A stretch of DNA of 64,000 bases from Parcubacteria group bacterium (GCA_028286615.1 JAQBRG010000003.1:147406-211405); one strand, 5' to 3'. Shown: positions 28,894 to 38,161, numbered from the stretch's first letter. Numbers and translations are program-made. Notes: generated from the sequence alone by a model not told the origin.

Positions 28894-30056
28894 GTACAAC
28901 CGCCTCCGTACCTGCCGGCGTACGGCCAGACGAACTTTTGAAGCGTGCGCACGCTATCGGCAACTATTACGGCTTCACGCCGCTTTCAGTCCTTGCTGCA
29001 AAACAGAAAGGGCATGGTGCTCGCGCTCCCTATCCTGAGAACATGGGACTGGACGCGCTGGATCCTGTTGCCCGCGAAGTTGTTACACTTCTCAAGCAAG
29101 TGCGAGACATGGGTCTAGCTCCTTCTAAAGAGCGCCCTCTCTTCCTTTGGCACTCTAATGCTGCATACGGACGTCCTGCACCTAAGCAGATAATTATCCA
29201 GTTCCATATTCTTGGTGTAGAGCATGCTATAGCTGACGCGGTACTTATTCGTGCAGTTCGGGCACTAACCATGGACTTCGCAAAAGGCGACGTACGCTTA
29301 CGTGTGAACAGTATGGGAGACAAAGAGACTCGTGGACGTTTCGCACGTGAACTTGGCACCTTCTTCAGAAAGCATGGAGCAACTCTTCCTGCAGACTGCG
29401 TTTCTTGCGCACGCACCGACGTGTTCCAGGCAGCGGAGCTTCTTGTATCAAACAAGGATGCAGAACTCCCTTCTCCAACAGACCATCTTTCTGAAGCCAG
29501 CCGCAAACATTTTGAGAATGTTCTTGAATACCTTGAAGAGACCGAGACTCCGTACGAACTTTCTCCAGATCTCCTTTCTCGCGGTACCGCGTGGAGCGAA
29601 ACCTGCTTTGAGATAACAGGCAACAGCGGAGCGCTTCCATTTCATGCATGGGGTTCACGATATTCAGAACTTGCTCGTCCTTTCTGGAAGAGTCCAGGAA
29701 CGTCTATTGGTGCGGTTATTCGTATCCAGACTGAAGGACGCGAGACTATCGCTCCTATTAAAGAACGTACGAATCCTCGTTTCGTATTCGTACACATTGG
29801 AGACGAAGCAAAGCGCGAGAGTATGAAGATGGCAGACGATCTCCGTCGTGCACGTATTCCTATGACCCAAGCAATTGGCATCGCCTCTCTTACCGAACAG
29901 ATGCGTCTTGTTGATGAGACCGATCCTCCATACCTGCTTATTATGGGTCGCAAGGAAGCTCTAGACCGCTCCGTTATTCTTCGTGAGCGCGCTACTTACA
30001 CCGAGTCTGTTATTCCTCTTGATTCTCTTATAGATAGATTGAAGATGGTTGCGTAA
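28890..30056 (+). CDS. degenerate histidyl-tRNA synthetase paralog (HisS/HisZ-like)
   Basis: VNSMGDKETR, HFENVLEYL, LLSRG..WSETCFEI, GSRY, C-terminal HGTP anticodon-binding-like domain; motif 2 eroded. Confidence 0.7.
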   Translation: MSTTASVPAGVRPDELLKRAHAIGNYYGFTPLSVLAAKQKGHGARAPYPENMGLDALDPVAREVVTLLKQVRDMGLAPSKERPLFLWHSNAAYGRPAPKQIIIQFHILGVEHAIADAVLIRAVRALTMDFAKGDVRLRVNSMGDKETRGRFARELGTFFRKHGATLPADCVSCARTDVFQAAELLVSNKDAELPSPTDHLSEASRKHFENVLEYLEETETPYELSPDLLSRGTAWSETCFEITGNSGALPFHAWGSRYSELARPFWKSPGTSIGAVIRIQTEGRETIAPIKERTNPRFVFVHIGDEAKRESMKMADDLRRARIPMTQAIGIASLTEQMRLVDETDPPYLLIMGRKEALDRSVILRERATYTESVIPLDSLIDRLKMVA

Positions 30057-30143
30057 AGCTTTGCTGCAAAGCAGGATTGACATATCAAACATTAAAATGT
30101 ATGGTGCGTTTTAGGAATTCACTGGCTGAAGGAGTCTTTTGTT

Positions 30144-30446
30144 ATGTTCGCGATAAAGAGTATCGATCGTGATACCGGCCTTAACGGTTCGGTATATGTC
30201 TTCGCCTGGGCCGGGTTGCTGTTTTGGGGCATAGGAGCGGCGCAGTCACATCAAATTTTCGCCAACACCAGCGATTATTTGGCAGGTTATGGCTTTGCGG
30301 CTTTCCTTGCTGGCTTCGCCGGCATGACGTTCGCCGCTAACGTCTATGTGAATGACAAGCTCCTCTCGTTCTTCGGAGCCGTAGCGCTTGTCGGGCTATT
30401 TATGTGCGCTGCCGGCTTAGGCATGGAAGTCTATCGGAACTCTTAA
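30144..30446 (+). CDS. small hypothetical membrane protein
   Basis: 3 TMs; AAGGAG SD; TTGACA-17-TATGGT promoter; hairpin after stop. Confidence 0.65.
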   Translation: MFAIKSIDRDTGLNGSVYVFAWAGLLFWGIGAAQSHQIFANTSDYLAGYGFAAFLAGFAGMTFAANVYVNDKLLSFFGAVALVGLFMCAAGLGMEVYRNS

Positions 30447-30585
30447 ATACCGCGCCCGAGATTCGTACAGGATCTCGGGCGTTCTCATATTAGTACCTCT
30501 GGATTGAAGCTCTTTTACAGAACTTGACAAAAGTGTAACTTATATGTATCTTATAGACAGGGTTAACTTGGATAAGGAGCCATCT

Positions 30586-30909
30586 ATGATGGTTGTTTCC
30601 GCAAAGAATCTGAACTCGATCGATTGGGTCGCCATTTTCTTCGGCGTCCTGCTGCTGGCTCTCGCCGGCCTCATCGCCTACGGCACGTTTCCATTGCCAG
30701 GTGTGACGGGAATCGATATGGACATCTTCCACGTGATGTTCGGACTCGGTCTCGCCGACATGGGGGTCGCGATCGGCATCCTGCTGCTGCTCTTGGGCAC
30801 CTGCCGCAAGCAAGCAGCCGAGATGCTCACCGTCCCGCTGCTTCTCATCGCGGCCGGAGGTATGCTGGTTGCAGCTCTCGCCCTCGGACACATCGCCGAG
30901 CTGATCTAA
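30586..30909 (+). CDS. small hypothetical membrane protein
   Basis: 3 TMs; AAGGAG SD; TTGACA-17-TATCTT promoter; hairpin after stop. Confidence 0.65.
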   Translation: MMVVSAKNLNSIDWVAIFFGVLLLALAGLIAYGTFPLPGVTGIDMDIFHVMFGLGLADMGVAIGILLLLLGTCRKQAAEMLTVPLLLIAAGGMLVAALALGHIAELI

Positions 30910-31016
30910 GCCAGCACAAGGTCATCGGCAAACGCTCGCGTTCCCCCTCCTGGGACCGCGAGCGTTTTAACATCATTTCTGGACAGAAAACCTATATCTA
31001 TGCTATTCTCGGCCCT

Positions 31017-31277
31017 ATGAGTAACGCAACACGCGTAGAGGTTCGTCGCGGCAAGAACGAGAGTTCTGCTTCGCTTCTTCGACGTTTTTCCCGCCGCGGC
31101 CAGACCTTGGGCCTTGTTCGTGCGCTTCGCAAGATCCGCTACTACAGCCGCACCAAGTCTAAGAACGTGCAGCATGCCCGCGCCATGGTTAAGGGCGAGC
31201 GCATCGCTGAATACAACGAGCAGGTTAAGCTCGGCAAGATCGATCCAGCGGCTCGCAAGACCCGCGGCCGAAAGTAA
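31017..31277 (+). CDS. rpsU: 30S ribosomal protein S21 (CPR-type)
   Basis: VEVRRGKNESSASLLRRFSRR....G.....RKIRYY; real start lies inside the 217-aa track ORF. Confidence 0.75.
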   Translation: MSNATRVEVRRGKNESSASLLRRFSRRGQTLGLVRALRKIRYYSRTKSKNVQHARAMVKGERIAEYNEQVKLGKIDPAARKTRGRK

Positions 31278-31305
31278 AAGCGCCACTCGGCGCTTTTCGC
31301 CTTTT

Positions 31306-31728
31306 ATGTCTACCACTCTCGATACCCGTAACTTAACGCGCCAAAAGGCACCCTCCTTCCCTTTCAAAGAGGCAGCTGAACTCGTACTCCCTGGCTGGGA
31401 AGTATCTCTCGCATTCCTTGGAGAGACTCGTGCACAGAATATGAACGTCGCACTTCGAAAGAAGGATTACGTACCAAACGTACTGTCGTATGAGACCGGA
31501 AGCAGGTCTGGAGAGATTGTTATTTGTCTTCAAGAAGCGAAAAGACAGTACAAAAAATACGACATGACATACCCTCATTTCGTCGGTTTCTTGTTTATCC
31601 ACGGTTGTTTGCATTTGAAGGGTACACAACATGGGACTACAATGGAAAGTAAGGAACGAGCATACCTAGCTCGCTTCATCTCTACTCCCAAAAAAACTAA
31701 TGGCACGACGAATCGCAACAGGCATTGA
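31306..31728 (+). CDS. ybeY: rRNA maturation endoribonuclease YbeY
   Basis: RKKDYVPNVLSY, GEIVIC, IHGCLHLKG.QH...ME..E. Confidence 0.88.
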   Translation: MSTTLDTRNLTRQKAPSFPFKEAAELVLPGWEVSLAFLGETRAQNMNVALRKKDYVPNVLSYETGSRSGEIVICLQEAKRQYKKYDMTYPHFVGFLFIHGCLHLKGTQHGTTMESKERAYLARFISTPKKTNGTTNRNRH

Positions 31729-32866
31729 TATCGGAACACACCACACGAAAGTGGTGGTGGTTGAAGAGGTGCACGGTCCTGAAGGAGTCTCTCTCCATAT
31801 CATCGGTACAGGCCTTGCAGAGACCAAGGGGCTGCGACACGGGTACGTAGTTGATGCGGAGGACGCAGCAGCAAGCGTACGCGCTGCACGCCAGCAGGCA
31901 GAACAAACAGCGCACCTCCCCATTAAGAAAGGCTTCCTTGCTATTGGCGGCGTATCCCTCGACGAGGTACGCGCATCAGGGGAAACCATAATCTCTCGTG
32001 CAGACCAGGAGATTACCGATCTTGATGTAGACAAGGTTCGTGAAGCAGCACGTCAGGCTGCAAGTCCTCATTTCATAAACCGCACCGTGCTTCACGAGAT
32101 TCCTCTGGAGTTCCGCGTAGACGGCTCTAAGTCTCTTGGCGAACCAATCGGCATGAGAGGCACACGCCTTGAGGCAGACTTCCTTTTCATAACCTCTCTG
32201 TCCCAGCATGTGGATATGTTGGAGCAAGTAACAGAAGCTGCTGACATTGAAGTTATAGACCGCATGGCCTCTCCTCTCGCTGGCTCGTACGTAACGCTCG
32301 CAAAGGATCAGAAGATGAAAGGATGCGTACTTGCTAATATCGGAGCCGAGACCGTATCTATCGTTGTGTACGACGAAGGCCTACCTATTTCTATAAAAGT
32401 GTTCCCTATTGGCTCAACGCACATAACAGATGATCTCGCGCTTGGTTTCCGTATCTCTCTTGAAGACGCAGAACGATTGAAGCTCGGACGCCTTGGAGGC
32501 AGCATGTACCCTCGCAAGAAAGTTGAAGAGATTGTTACCGCACGCTTCCGCACCATGTTCGACCTTATAGACAAGCATCTCAAGCAGATTGGCAGACGCG
32601 CGGCTCTTCCTGCCGGCATTATTATTTCTGGAGGCGCTTCAGGCCAAGGAACTATTTCAGATATAGCCAAAGGTTCTCTTAACCTCCCTTCTCGTATTGC
32701 AGATCTCCGCCTCTCAACAGATGTGAAGGTGCGTGATGCAACCTGGGCTGTTGCGTATGGTCTAGCTCTCTGGGGTCTTACTGGAGACACTGATACACCT
32801 AAGAAGCGGAAGTTCGGAGATGTTCTTTCTTCAGCACAACAGTTTCTTAAACAATTCCTCCCCTAG
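31700..32866 (+). CDS. ftsA: cell division protein FtsA
   Basis: GIDIGTHHTKVVV, GLRHGYVVD, NIGAETV, IIISGG; upstream of ftsZ. Confidence 0.92.
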   Translation: MARRIATGIDIGTHHTKVVVVEEVHGPEGVSLHIIGTGLAETKGLRHGYVVDAEDAAASVRAARQQAEQTAHLPIKKGFLAIGGVSLDEVRASGETIISRADQEITDLDVDKVREAARQAASPHFINRTVLHEIPLEFRVDGSKSLGEPIGMRGTRLEADFLFITSLSQHVDMLEQVTEAADIEVIDRMASPLAGSYVTLAKDQKMKGCVLANIGAETVSIVVYDEGLPISIKVFPIGSTHITDDLALGFRISLEDAERLKLGRLGGSMYPRKKVEEIVTARFRTMFDLIDKHLKQIGRRAALPAGIIISGGASGQGTISDIAKGSLNLPSRIADLRLSTDVKVRDATWAVAYGLALWGLTGDTDTPKKRKFGDVLSSAQQFLKQFLP

Positions 32867-32919
32867 ACAATTTTATAGATTCCTCTAAGTTTACGTTTAG
32901 GGAAGAAGAGGAGGACGAT

Positions 32920-33087
32920 ATGGGTTTGACCAAGTCTGAGGTGCGCTGCTCAACAGAGATCCGGATCGTGCATCGACCCATCGATGAGATCGAGAAAGAT
33001 CCCGAGACCCACAGAAGCTACATGCGAACATCGTGTGGACTTTGCGGGAAGTTTATCGGCGACAAGCCGTTAGATATAGTTCGGTAG
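32920..33087 (+). CDS. 55-aa microprotein with C...H...CxxC (possible Zn ribbon)
   Basis: MGLTKSEVRCSTEIRIVHRPIDEIEKDPETHRSYMRTSCGLCGKFIGDKPLDIVR; GAGGAGG SD; hairpin terminator 33105-33152. Confidence 0.6.
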   Translation: MGLTKSEVRCSTEIRIVHRPIDEIEKDPETHRSYMRTSCGLCGKFIGDKPLDIVR

Positions 33088-33276
33088 AGCATGCCGACAA
33101 ATCGAATTGCTTTGGTATTTGGGGAAACTAACCTCAAATACCAAGGCAATTTTGCTTTTTATACTGAAATCCAGGCATTTTTTAGAACACAAAAGTTAAG
33201 TAAGTCAGTATTTGCAAGCTGGAAAGCACTGGTATGATAAGCGTTACGTAGTTTAACGGCCCCCTATATACCCCTT

Positions 33277-34539
33277 ATGTCCAAGCGCGTAGAACCTGAG
33301 ATCGAAACCTTCGCCCGAATACGGGTTGTTGGTGTGGGCGGTTCCGGATGCAATGCCGTGAATCACATGGTTAATTCGAAGGTTAAAGGTGTTGAGTTCA
33401 TCGCAGTTAACTCTGACGCACAGGACCTTCATCGTTCTCTCGCCAAGCGCAAGATCCACATCGGCAAGAACCTAACCCGTGGACTCGGTACAGGTATGAA
33501 CCCCGAGCTCGGCAAGCGTGCAGCTGAAGAGACTCGCCAGGAAATCCAGGAAGCTCTCCAGGGTTCAGACATGGTATTCATCACCTGCGGAATGGGAGGC
33601 GGAACCGGAACCGGCGCAGCACCTGTTGTTGCGCGTATCGCAAAAGAGATTGGTGCTCTCACCATCGCTGTTGTTACTCGCCCATTCTCATTCGAAGGTC
33701 TTCAGCGCAAAGAGCTCTCTGAGCGCGGACTCGCAGAACTCAAGAAAGAAGTAGACGCGTTCATCGTTATTCCTAACGACAAGCTTCTTTCAATTGTTGA
33801 GGCGCAGACAACTGCAAAGACTGCATTCGCTATGGCCGACGAAATTCTTCGCCAGGCTGTTGAAGGTGTGTCTGACATCATCACCACTCCAGGAGAGATC
33901 AACACGGACTTCAACGACATCAAGGCCATCATGGAAGGCGCAGGTCCTGCACTCATGGGTATCGGTATTGCAGACGGCGATCGCCGTGCACAGGACGCAG
34001 CGGCTCAGGCTGTTAACTCTCCTCTCCTTGATGTATCTATTACGGGAGCCAAGGGCGTACTCTTCGTTGTTGCCGGTTCAGACGATCTCGGTATTCTCGA
34101 AGTCCAGGAAGCAGCCAAGGTTGTGTCCGATTCCGTGGACAAGAACGCAAAGGTTATCTTCGGTATCATGCGAGACGACAAACTCAAGAAGGGCCAGGTT
34201 CGCATCATCGTTATTGCTACCGGATTCCCCGAGCAAGATGTTGAAGGCGGAATCTCCCAGGCATCAGTTGAGCGTTCTCTCTTTGCCATGCCAGCAGTTG
34301 AGCAAGAAGAAACTCGCGGCAAGATTTTTAACGATGTAATGAAGCGTCCAGCTCCAGTTGAAGAAGCACCTCGCGAGGAGGCTGCTGTCCAGGAGCCAGT
34401 ACGTCGCGAAGAACCAATCGTAACGGCACAACCACAGCGTCGCGATGAACCACCCGCTAAGATAACTCCTCCTGCAGTAGACGAGGACGAAGAAGCTTGG
34501 GGAGCAATTCCAAACTTCCTCCGCCGACACAAGAAGTAA
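33277..34539 (+). CDS. ftsZ: cell division protein FtsZ
   Basis: VVGVGGSG.NAV, GMGGGTGTGAAP, C-terminal IPNFLRR. Confidence 0.97.
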   Translation: MSKRVEPEIETFARIRVVGVGGSGCNAVNHMVNSKVKGVEFIAVNSDAQDLHRSLAKRKIHIGKNLTRGLGTGMNPELGKRAAEETRQEIQEALQGSDMVFITCGMGGGTGTGAAPVVARIAKEIGALTIAVVTRPFSFEGLQRKELSERGLAELKKEVDAFIVIPNDKLLSIVEAQTTAKTAFAMADEILRQAVEGVSDIITTPGEINTDFNDIKAIMEGAGPALMGIGIADGDRRAQDAAAQAVNSPLLDVSITGAKGVLFVVAGSDDLGILEVQEAAKVVSDSVDKNAKVIFGIMRDDKLKKGQVRIIVIATGFPEQDVEGGISQASVERSLFAMPAVEQEETRGKIFNDVMKRPAPVEEAPREEAAVQEPVRREEPIVTAQPQRRDEPPAKITPPAVDEDEEAWGAIPNFLRRHKK

Positions 34540-34593
34540 GCTTACGTAACATATGCCGAAAATACCCACGACAAGTGGGTATTTTCTTAATGA

Positions 34594-34718
34594 TTTACCT
34601 ATCAATATTTTATAAGTCTCACAGGGTCTGATGTATTAGTTTCTGTCGTGTTAAGGAGAATGGAAATGGAAACATAACCTTCCTTAGTGTCTGGAAACAC
34701 AGAAAGAAAAGGAAGTAA
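34594..34718 (+). pseudogene. frameshifted 3' remnant of a small AT-rich gene (possibly RelE/BECR-like RNase)
   Basis: YFISLTGSDVLVSVVLRR followed, after a 1-nt shift at about 34659, by GNGNITFLSVWKHRKKRK*. Confidence 0.35.
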
Positions 34719-34721
34719 ATA

Positions 34722-34815
34722 TAAAATCCCTCATTACTGAGAGATGTTATATAGTGCCCGCTTTCTGCGTATAGGACTTTCCTCGGCTGAATAAAGCTTT
34801 CGCTTCACGAGCACT
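34722..34815 (-). ncRNA. candidate ~94-nt structured small RNA
   Basis: TTGAAA-17-TATACT (34849-34821); AGTGCTCG/CGGGCACT stem; GAAA-capped hairpin; terminator ATCTCTCA-GTAA-TGAGGGAT-TTT. Confidence 0.6.
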
Positions 34816-34887
34816 GAGACAGTATAGGGAAAGATCCAAAAGTTTTCAAGAGCTGCTTTACTTCTTCTTTTGCTATACTCATAGCCT

Positions 34888-35814
34888 ATGCACGATCTCA
34901 TAATAATCGGAGGAGGACCGGCCGGCATTGCAGCTGGAGTCTATGCCTCACGTAAGCGTTTAAAGACAGTCGTTCTTGCTGAAGAGGTTGGTGGCCAGAG
35001 CACGGTATCTGAGGGTATTGAGAACTGGATAGGTACGGTTTCTATACGTGGCTCAGAGCTCGCAAAATCGCTCCGTACGCACCTTGAGGCCTATAAAGGT
35101 GACGTGCTCACACTTGAGGAAGGAGAGCGCGTAGAGAGGCTTGAGAAGGCAGAGGGGGGCTTCACCGCAACCACAGCCAAAGGCCGCACCTTTACGGCCC
35201 GCGCTGTCCTTATAGCCTCAGGCGCAGGCCGCCGAAAGCTTGATGTTCCAGGAGCAGATCTCTTCGAGCATAAGGGCGTTACGTACTGCGCATCGTGCGA
35301 CGGCCCTATATTCGCAGGCCAGGACGTTGCGGTTATCGGAGGCGGGAACGCAGGCTTTGAAAGTGCTGCCCAGCTTCTTGCGTACGCAAAGTCCGTAACC
35401 CTTATACATCGACGTTCTACATTCAAGGCAGACGCTATAACCGTACAGAAAGTGCTGGCACACGAGCACGTGTCCGTTCTAACGGATACAGAACCTATTG
35501 AAGTTAAGGGAGACAAGTTTACGAGCGGACTTGTTGTACGCGATATAAAAACAGGAGAAGAAAAAGAGCTTCCCGTAACAGGCATCTTCGTTGAAGTTGG
35601 TGTTATCCCAAACACACACTTTGCAAAGGAATTGGTGCAGCTTGATGAGGTTGGACGCGTTGTTACAGACCCCAAGAACCAGCACACGAGCGTGGATGGC
35701 GTGTGGGCTGCAGGAGACTGTACCGACGAGCTCTACCACCAGAACAACATCGCAGCAGGAGACGCGGTTAAGGCACTTGAAGATATCTATCAATGGCTCA
35801 TGGCGCATTCTTAG
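34888..35814 (+). CDS. trxB: thioredoxin reductase (AhpF C-terminal-like)
   Basis: IIGGGPAG, GVTYCASCDG, VIGGGNAG, WAAGD. Confidence 0.9.
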   Translation: MHDLIIIGGGPAGIAAGVYASRKRLKTVVLAEEVGGQSTVSEGIENWIGTVSIRGSELAKSLRTHLEAYKGDVLTLEEGERVERLEKAEGGFTATTAKGRTFTARAVLIASGAGRRKLDVPGADLFEHKGVTYCASCDGPIFAGQDVAVIGGGNAGFESAAQLLAYAKSVTLIHRRSTFKADAITVQKVLAHEHVSVLTDTEPIEVKGDKFTSGLVVRDIKTGEEKELPVTGIFVEVGVIPNTHFAKELVQLDEVGRVVTDPKNQHTSVDGVWAAGDCTDELYHQNNIAAGDAVKALEDIYQWLMAHS

Positions 35815-35823
35815 ACAGGCATA

Positions 35824-35860
35824 AAGAAAGACCGCGATCCTCGGGATCGCGGTCTTTCTT
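35824..35860. terminator. bidirectional terminator
   Basis: AAGAAAGACCGCGATCC-TCG-GGATCGCGGTCTTTCTT. Confidence 0.8.
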
Positions 35861-35878
35861 ATTAACGTGGAGTAGTGC

Positions 35879-35974
35879 TTACGCAGCCTCTTCCTCGACA
35901 GTCTCCGGAGCTGCTTCTTCGGTAGGAGCCTCTACGACTTCCTCACCTTCAACCTTTACTTCATTCTCATCCAT
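35879..35974 (-). CDS. 31-aa ultra-acidic microprotein
   Basis: MDENEVKVEGEEVVEAPTEEAAPETVEEEAA; TATAAT promoter near 36055-36060 and terminator downstream. Confidence 0.6.
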   Translation of the reverse strand: MDENEVKVEGEEVVEAPTEEAAPETVEEEAA

Positions 35975-36090
35975 GTGTTTGTGGGAGAACGACTCTGTTC
36001 AAAAAAACAAAGCCGTCCAAAATTAATTGGCTGGCAAATCCGACCTATATCCGCATTATACCTTCCCAAGCTTAAAATACAATGAAGGAA

Positions 36091-37293
36091 TCATACCCCG
36101 TTCATCTGCCAAATGAGGGAGGCGACGTTCCTTGGCCTCCCTTCAAAGGGTAGGTGGTGGTTGTCAAAGAACGGCATACTGTTGCACTCGAGGATGCCAC
36201 ACCTGTCCTGCTCTTTCCATGAGCGAGATATGTCCGCGATTATGAAATCGATACCCGCGATTGGAGCTTTGAGTACTTTTGTAACTTCTTCAAAGAGCGC
36301 GACGTTGTCTGGATGCACTTCGTCAGTTACATCAGCAGTTGTGCCCCCTACGCTCCAGTTAATCTTTGGGTGCAGGTTAGCCCACTGCCCATTTTTGAGC
36401 ACGGTATTGAAATCAAACCCCTGCCACGCGAGCTCTTTCTTTGCCGCATCATCTAGATTTACATGATGGAAATACGGTCCTTGGCGTTGCGGATTCTTAT
36501 TCTCTTCAGCAGCTAGCTCAGTTACGGTATGCACCCCGTCTCCTATAACGTGCGGCTGGTCTCTACGTAGCGCTGCTGCAAACTTCCCGTCTACCGTCGT
36601 TGCCCTGTATACAGGTCCAACAAGTTCTTCTTCAATAACAACGCGGGGAGCAATCTGTTTTGCAATACTAAATCCTCGAGCAAGTTCTGCTTCGTCTTTA
36701 ATGTGGAGAATGGTGTGGCGAGACCCTGAACCCGAAAAGGGTTTTGCAATAACAGGAGGGGTTACGTTTTTGTATATCCGTAGGGCTGCCTTGAGTGAAT
36801 CTGCAGTTCCTCCTTTGGCAATTGGAAACCCAAGCTTTCGAAACTTGTCTTTAAGTACCGCTTTGTTGTCCATCCACTCAACACGGTCTATATCCCGAGG
36901 AGGCATGGGGATGCCCTCGTAGCAGATAGTGCGGCCGTTCGGGAGACGAGCGAGGAATATATTGCGCGGCAGACCAAAGAGACGAATCTCAGATACTTCA
37001 ATCCCCCTAGTCTTTGCTTCGTTCCAAAGCATTAGCGCAAGGAGCTGTGTGTGTTCGTCGGGCTCCATAACCCGCTCTGCAACACCCAAGCGTGTAAGGG
37101 CGCGGAATATAAGTGGCGTGAGGCGTCGCTCTACCGCATTTCCTATATTCGCGAAAACACGCGATCCAGGGAAACGAATCTGGGGAAACGCAAAAAGTTC
37201 GTCCACAAGAATGGACGAGTACGTAAACTGATGGAAGACAGCGTCGCCTCCACATTCTTCGCAAGGAGGGGGTTTAGGAACATTCACGGCCAT
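36091..37293 (-). CDS. ATP-grasp protein, cyanophycin synthetase N-terminal-like
   Basis: DNK...K, PVIAKP..GS, V.GDG.HTV.EL, GG...DVTD.VHPDN, GIDFI, LECNSMP. Confidence 0.8.
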   Translation of the reverse strand: MAVNVPKPPPCEECGGDAVFHQFTYSSILVDELFAFPQIRFPGSRVFANIGNAVERRLTPLIFRALTRLGVAERVMEPDEHTQLLALMLWNEAKTRGIEVSEIRLFGLPRNIFLARLPNGRTICYEGIPMPPRDIDRVEWMDNKAVLKDKFRKLGFPIAKGGTADSLKAALRIYKNVTPPVIAKPFSGSGSRHTILHIKDEAELARGFSIAKQIAPRVVIEEELVGPVYRATTVDGKFAAALRRDQPHVIGDGVHTVTELAAEENKNPQRQGPYFHHVNLDDAAKKELAWQGFDFNTVLKNGQWANLHPKINWSVGGTTADVTDEVHPDNVALFEEVTKVLKAPIAGIDFIIADISRSWKEQDRCGILECNSMPFFDNHHLPFEGRPRNVASLIWQMNGV

Positions 37294-37311
37294 GATGCTG
37301 CCCAGTATAAC

Positions 37312-38010
37312 TTATCCAAGCGGGAGCGTTGCCGCTCCGTCTTTAATTCTATATTCGTTAACAGTGTTATGTGCAAAACGAGTAGGTTCAGGGAGGCGAT
37401 GCTTGCGCACGCAGCTCCACACAAGCTCAACCGCTTCTTCGAGAGTTATAAGGTGTCCTGGGGAGACAAATATTGGTTTAACTCCACGCTTGGTACGCAG
37501 TGCCATCCCAATAACCTCGTTTGTCTTGAGATCTATGAGAGGCGAAGTTGAGCCAGCTTCAGTGTCTGGTCCTTCGTAGAATCCAGTTAGTACACTCTTG
37601 GCACATCCAATTGTTGGAATACCGAGTTCAAGTCCAAGGTGTGAAGCGATACCAAGTCTTCGTGGGTGCGCGATACCAACCCCGTCTACAACTAAGACAT
37701 CTGGTTTAGTTTTCAGTTCTTCCCACGCATCAAGCAGCATGGGGATTTCTCGAAACGAGAGAAGACCTGGTACGTATGGAAAAGGTATGTCTCGCTTAAC
37801 AACCGCATGATCTAGGAGTTCGAGTGTTGGATATGAGAGCGTAACGAAGCCGGCAAAGCCTTCCTTTGCAAAGCGGTTCATAGATACGTCGCACCCACCT
37901 ATGAGCACAGGTCTCTTTTTAAGCGGTACGAGACTCACCTTCTCACGCAACTCTTTCTGGAGCGCAACAGCTTCTTTGGGCGTTACGCTCCAAGAGTGAG
38001 ACATAATCAT
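37312..38010 (-). CDS. nfi: endonuclease V
   Basis: GCDVS, FPYVPGLLSFRE, VDGVGIAHPRRLGIASHLG, GCAKS, VSPGH, RLPEPTR.AH. Confidence 0.95.
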   Translation of the reverse strand: MIMSHSWSVTPKEAVALQKELREKVSLVPLKKRPVLIGGCDVSMNRFAKEGFAGFVTLSYPTLELLDHAVVKRDIPFPYVPGLLSFREIPMLLDAWEELKTKPDVLVVDGVGIAHPRRLGIASHLGLELGIPTIGCAKSVLTGFYEGPDTEAGSTSPLIDLKTNEVIGMALRTKRGVKPIFVSPGHLITLEEAVELVWSCVRKHRLPEPTRFAHNTVNEYRIKDGAATLPLG

Positions 38011-38076
38011 TGCTCATGGTACCAAATCGCAATGAATCTTTTATGAGCAAGAAAGGGTCTTCTATATGAAAATGTG

Positions 38077-38161
38077 CGGAGAGGGGGAGATTCGAACTCC
38101 CGATACCTTTCGGTATGCCGGTTTTCGAAACCGGTCGTTTCAACCACTCACGCACCCCTCC
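38077..38161 (-). tRNA. tRNA-Ser(CGA)
   Basis: GGAGGGG...CCTCTCC-G; CCGGT-TT-CGA-AA-ACCGG; long variable arm. Confidence 0.92.

Noticed and set aside
30624-31277. 217-aa Arg-rich ORF as a single gene
   Set aside because: The 5' part is an off-frame overlap of the membrane gene and crosses a terminator; the real gene is rpsU from 31017.
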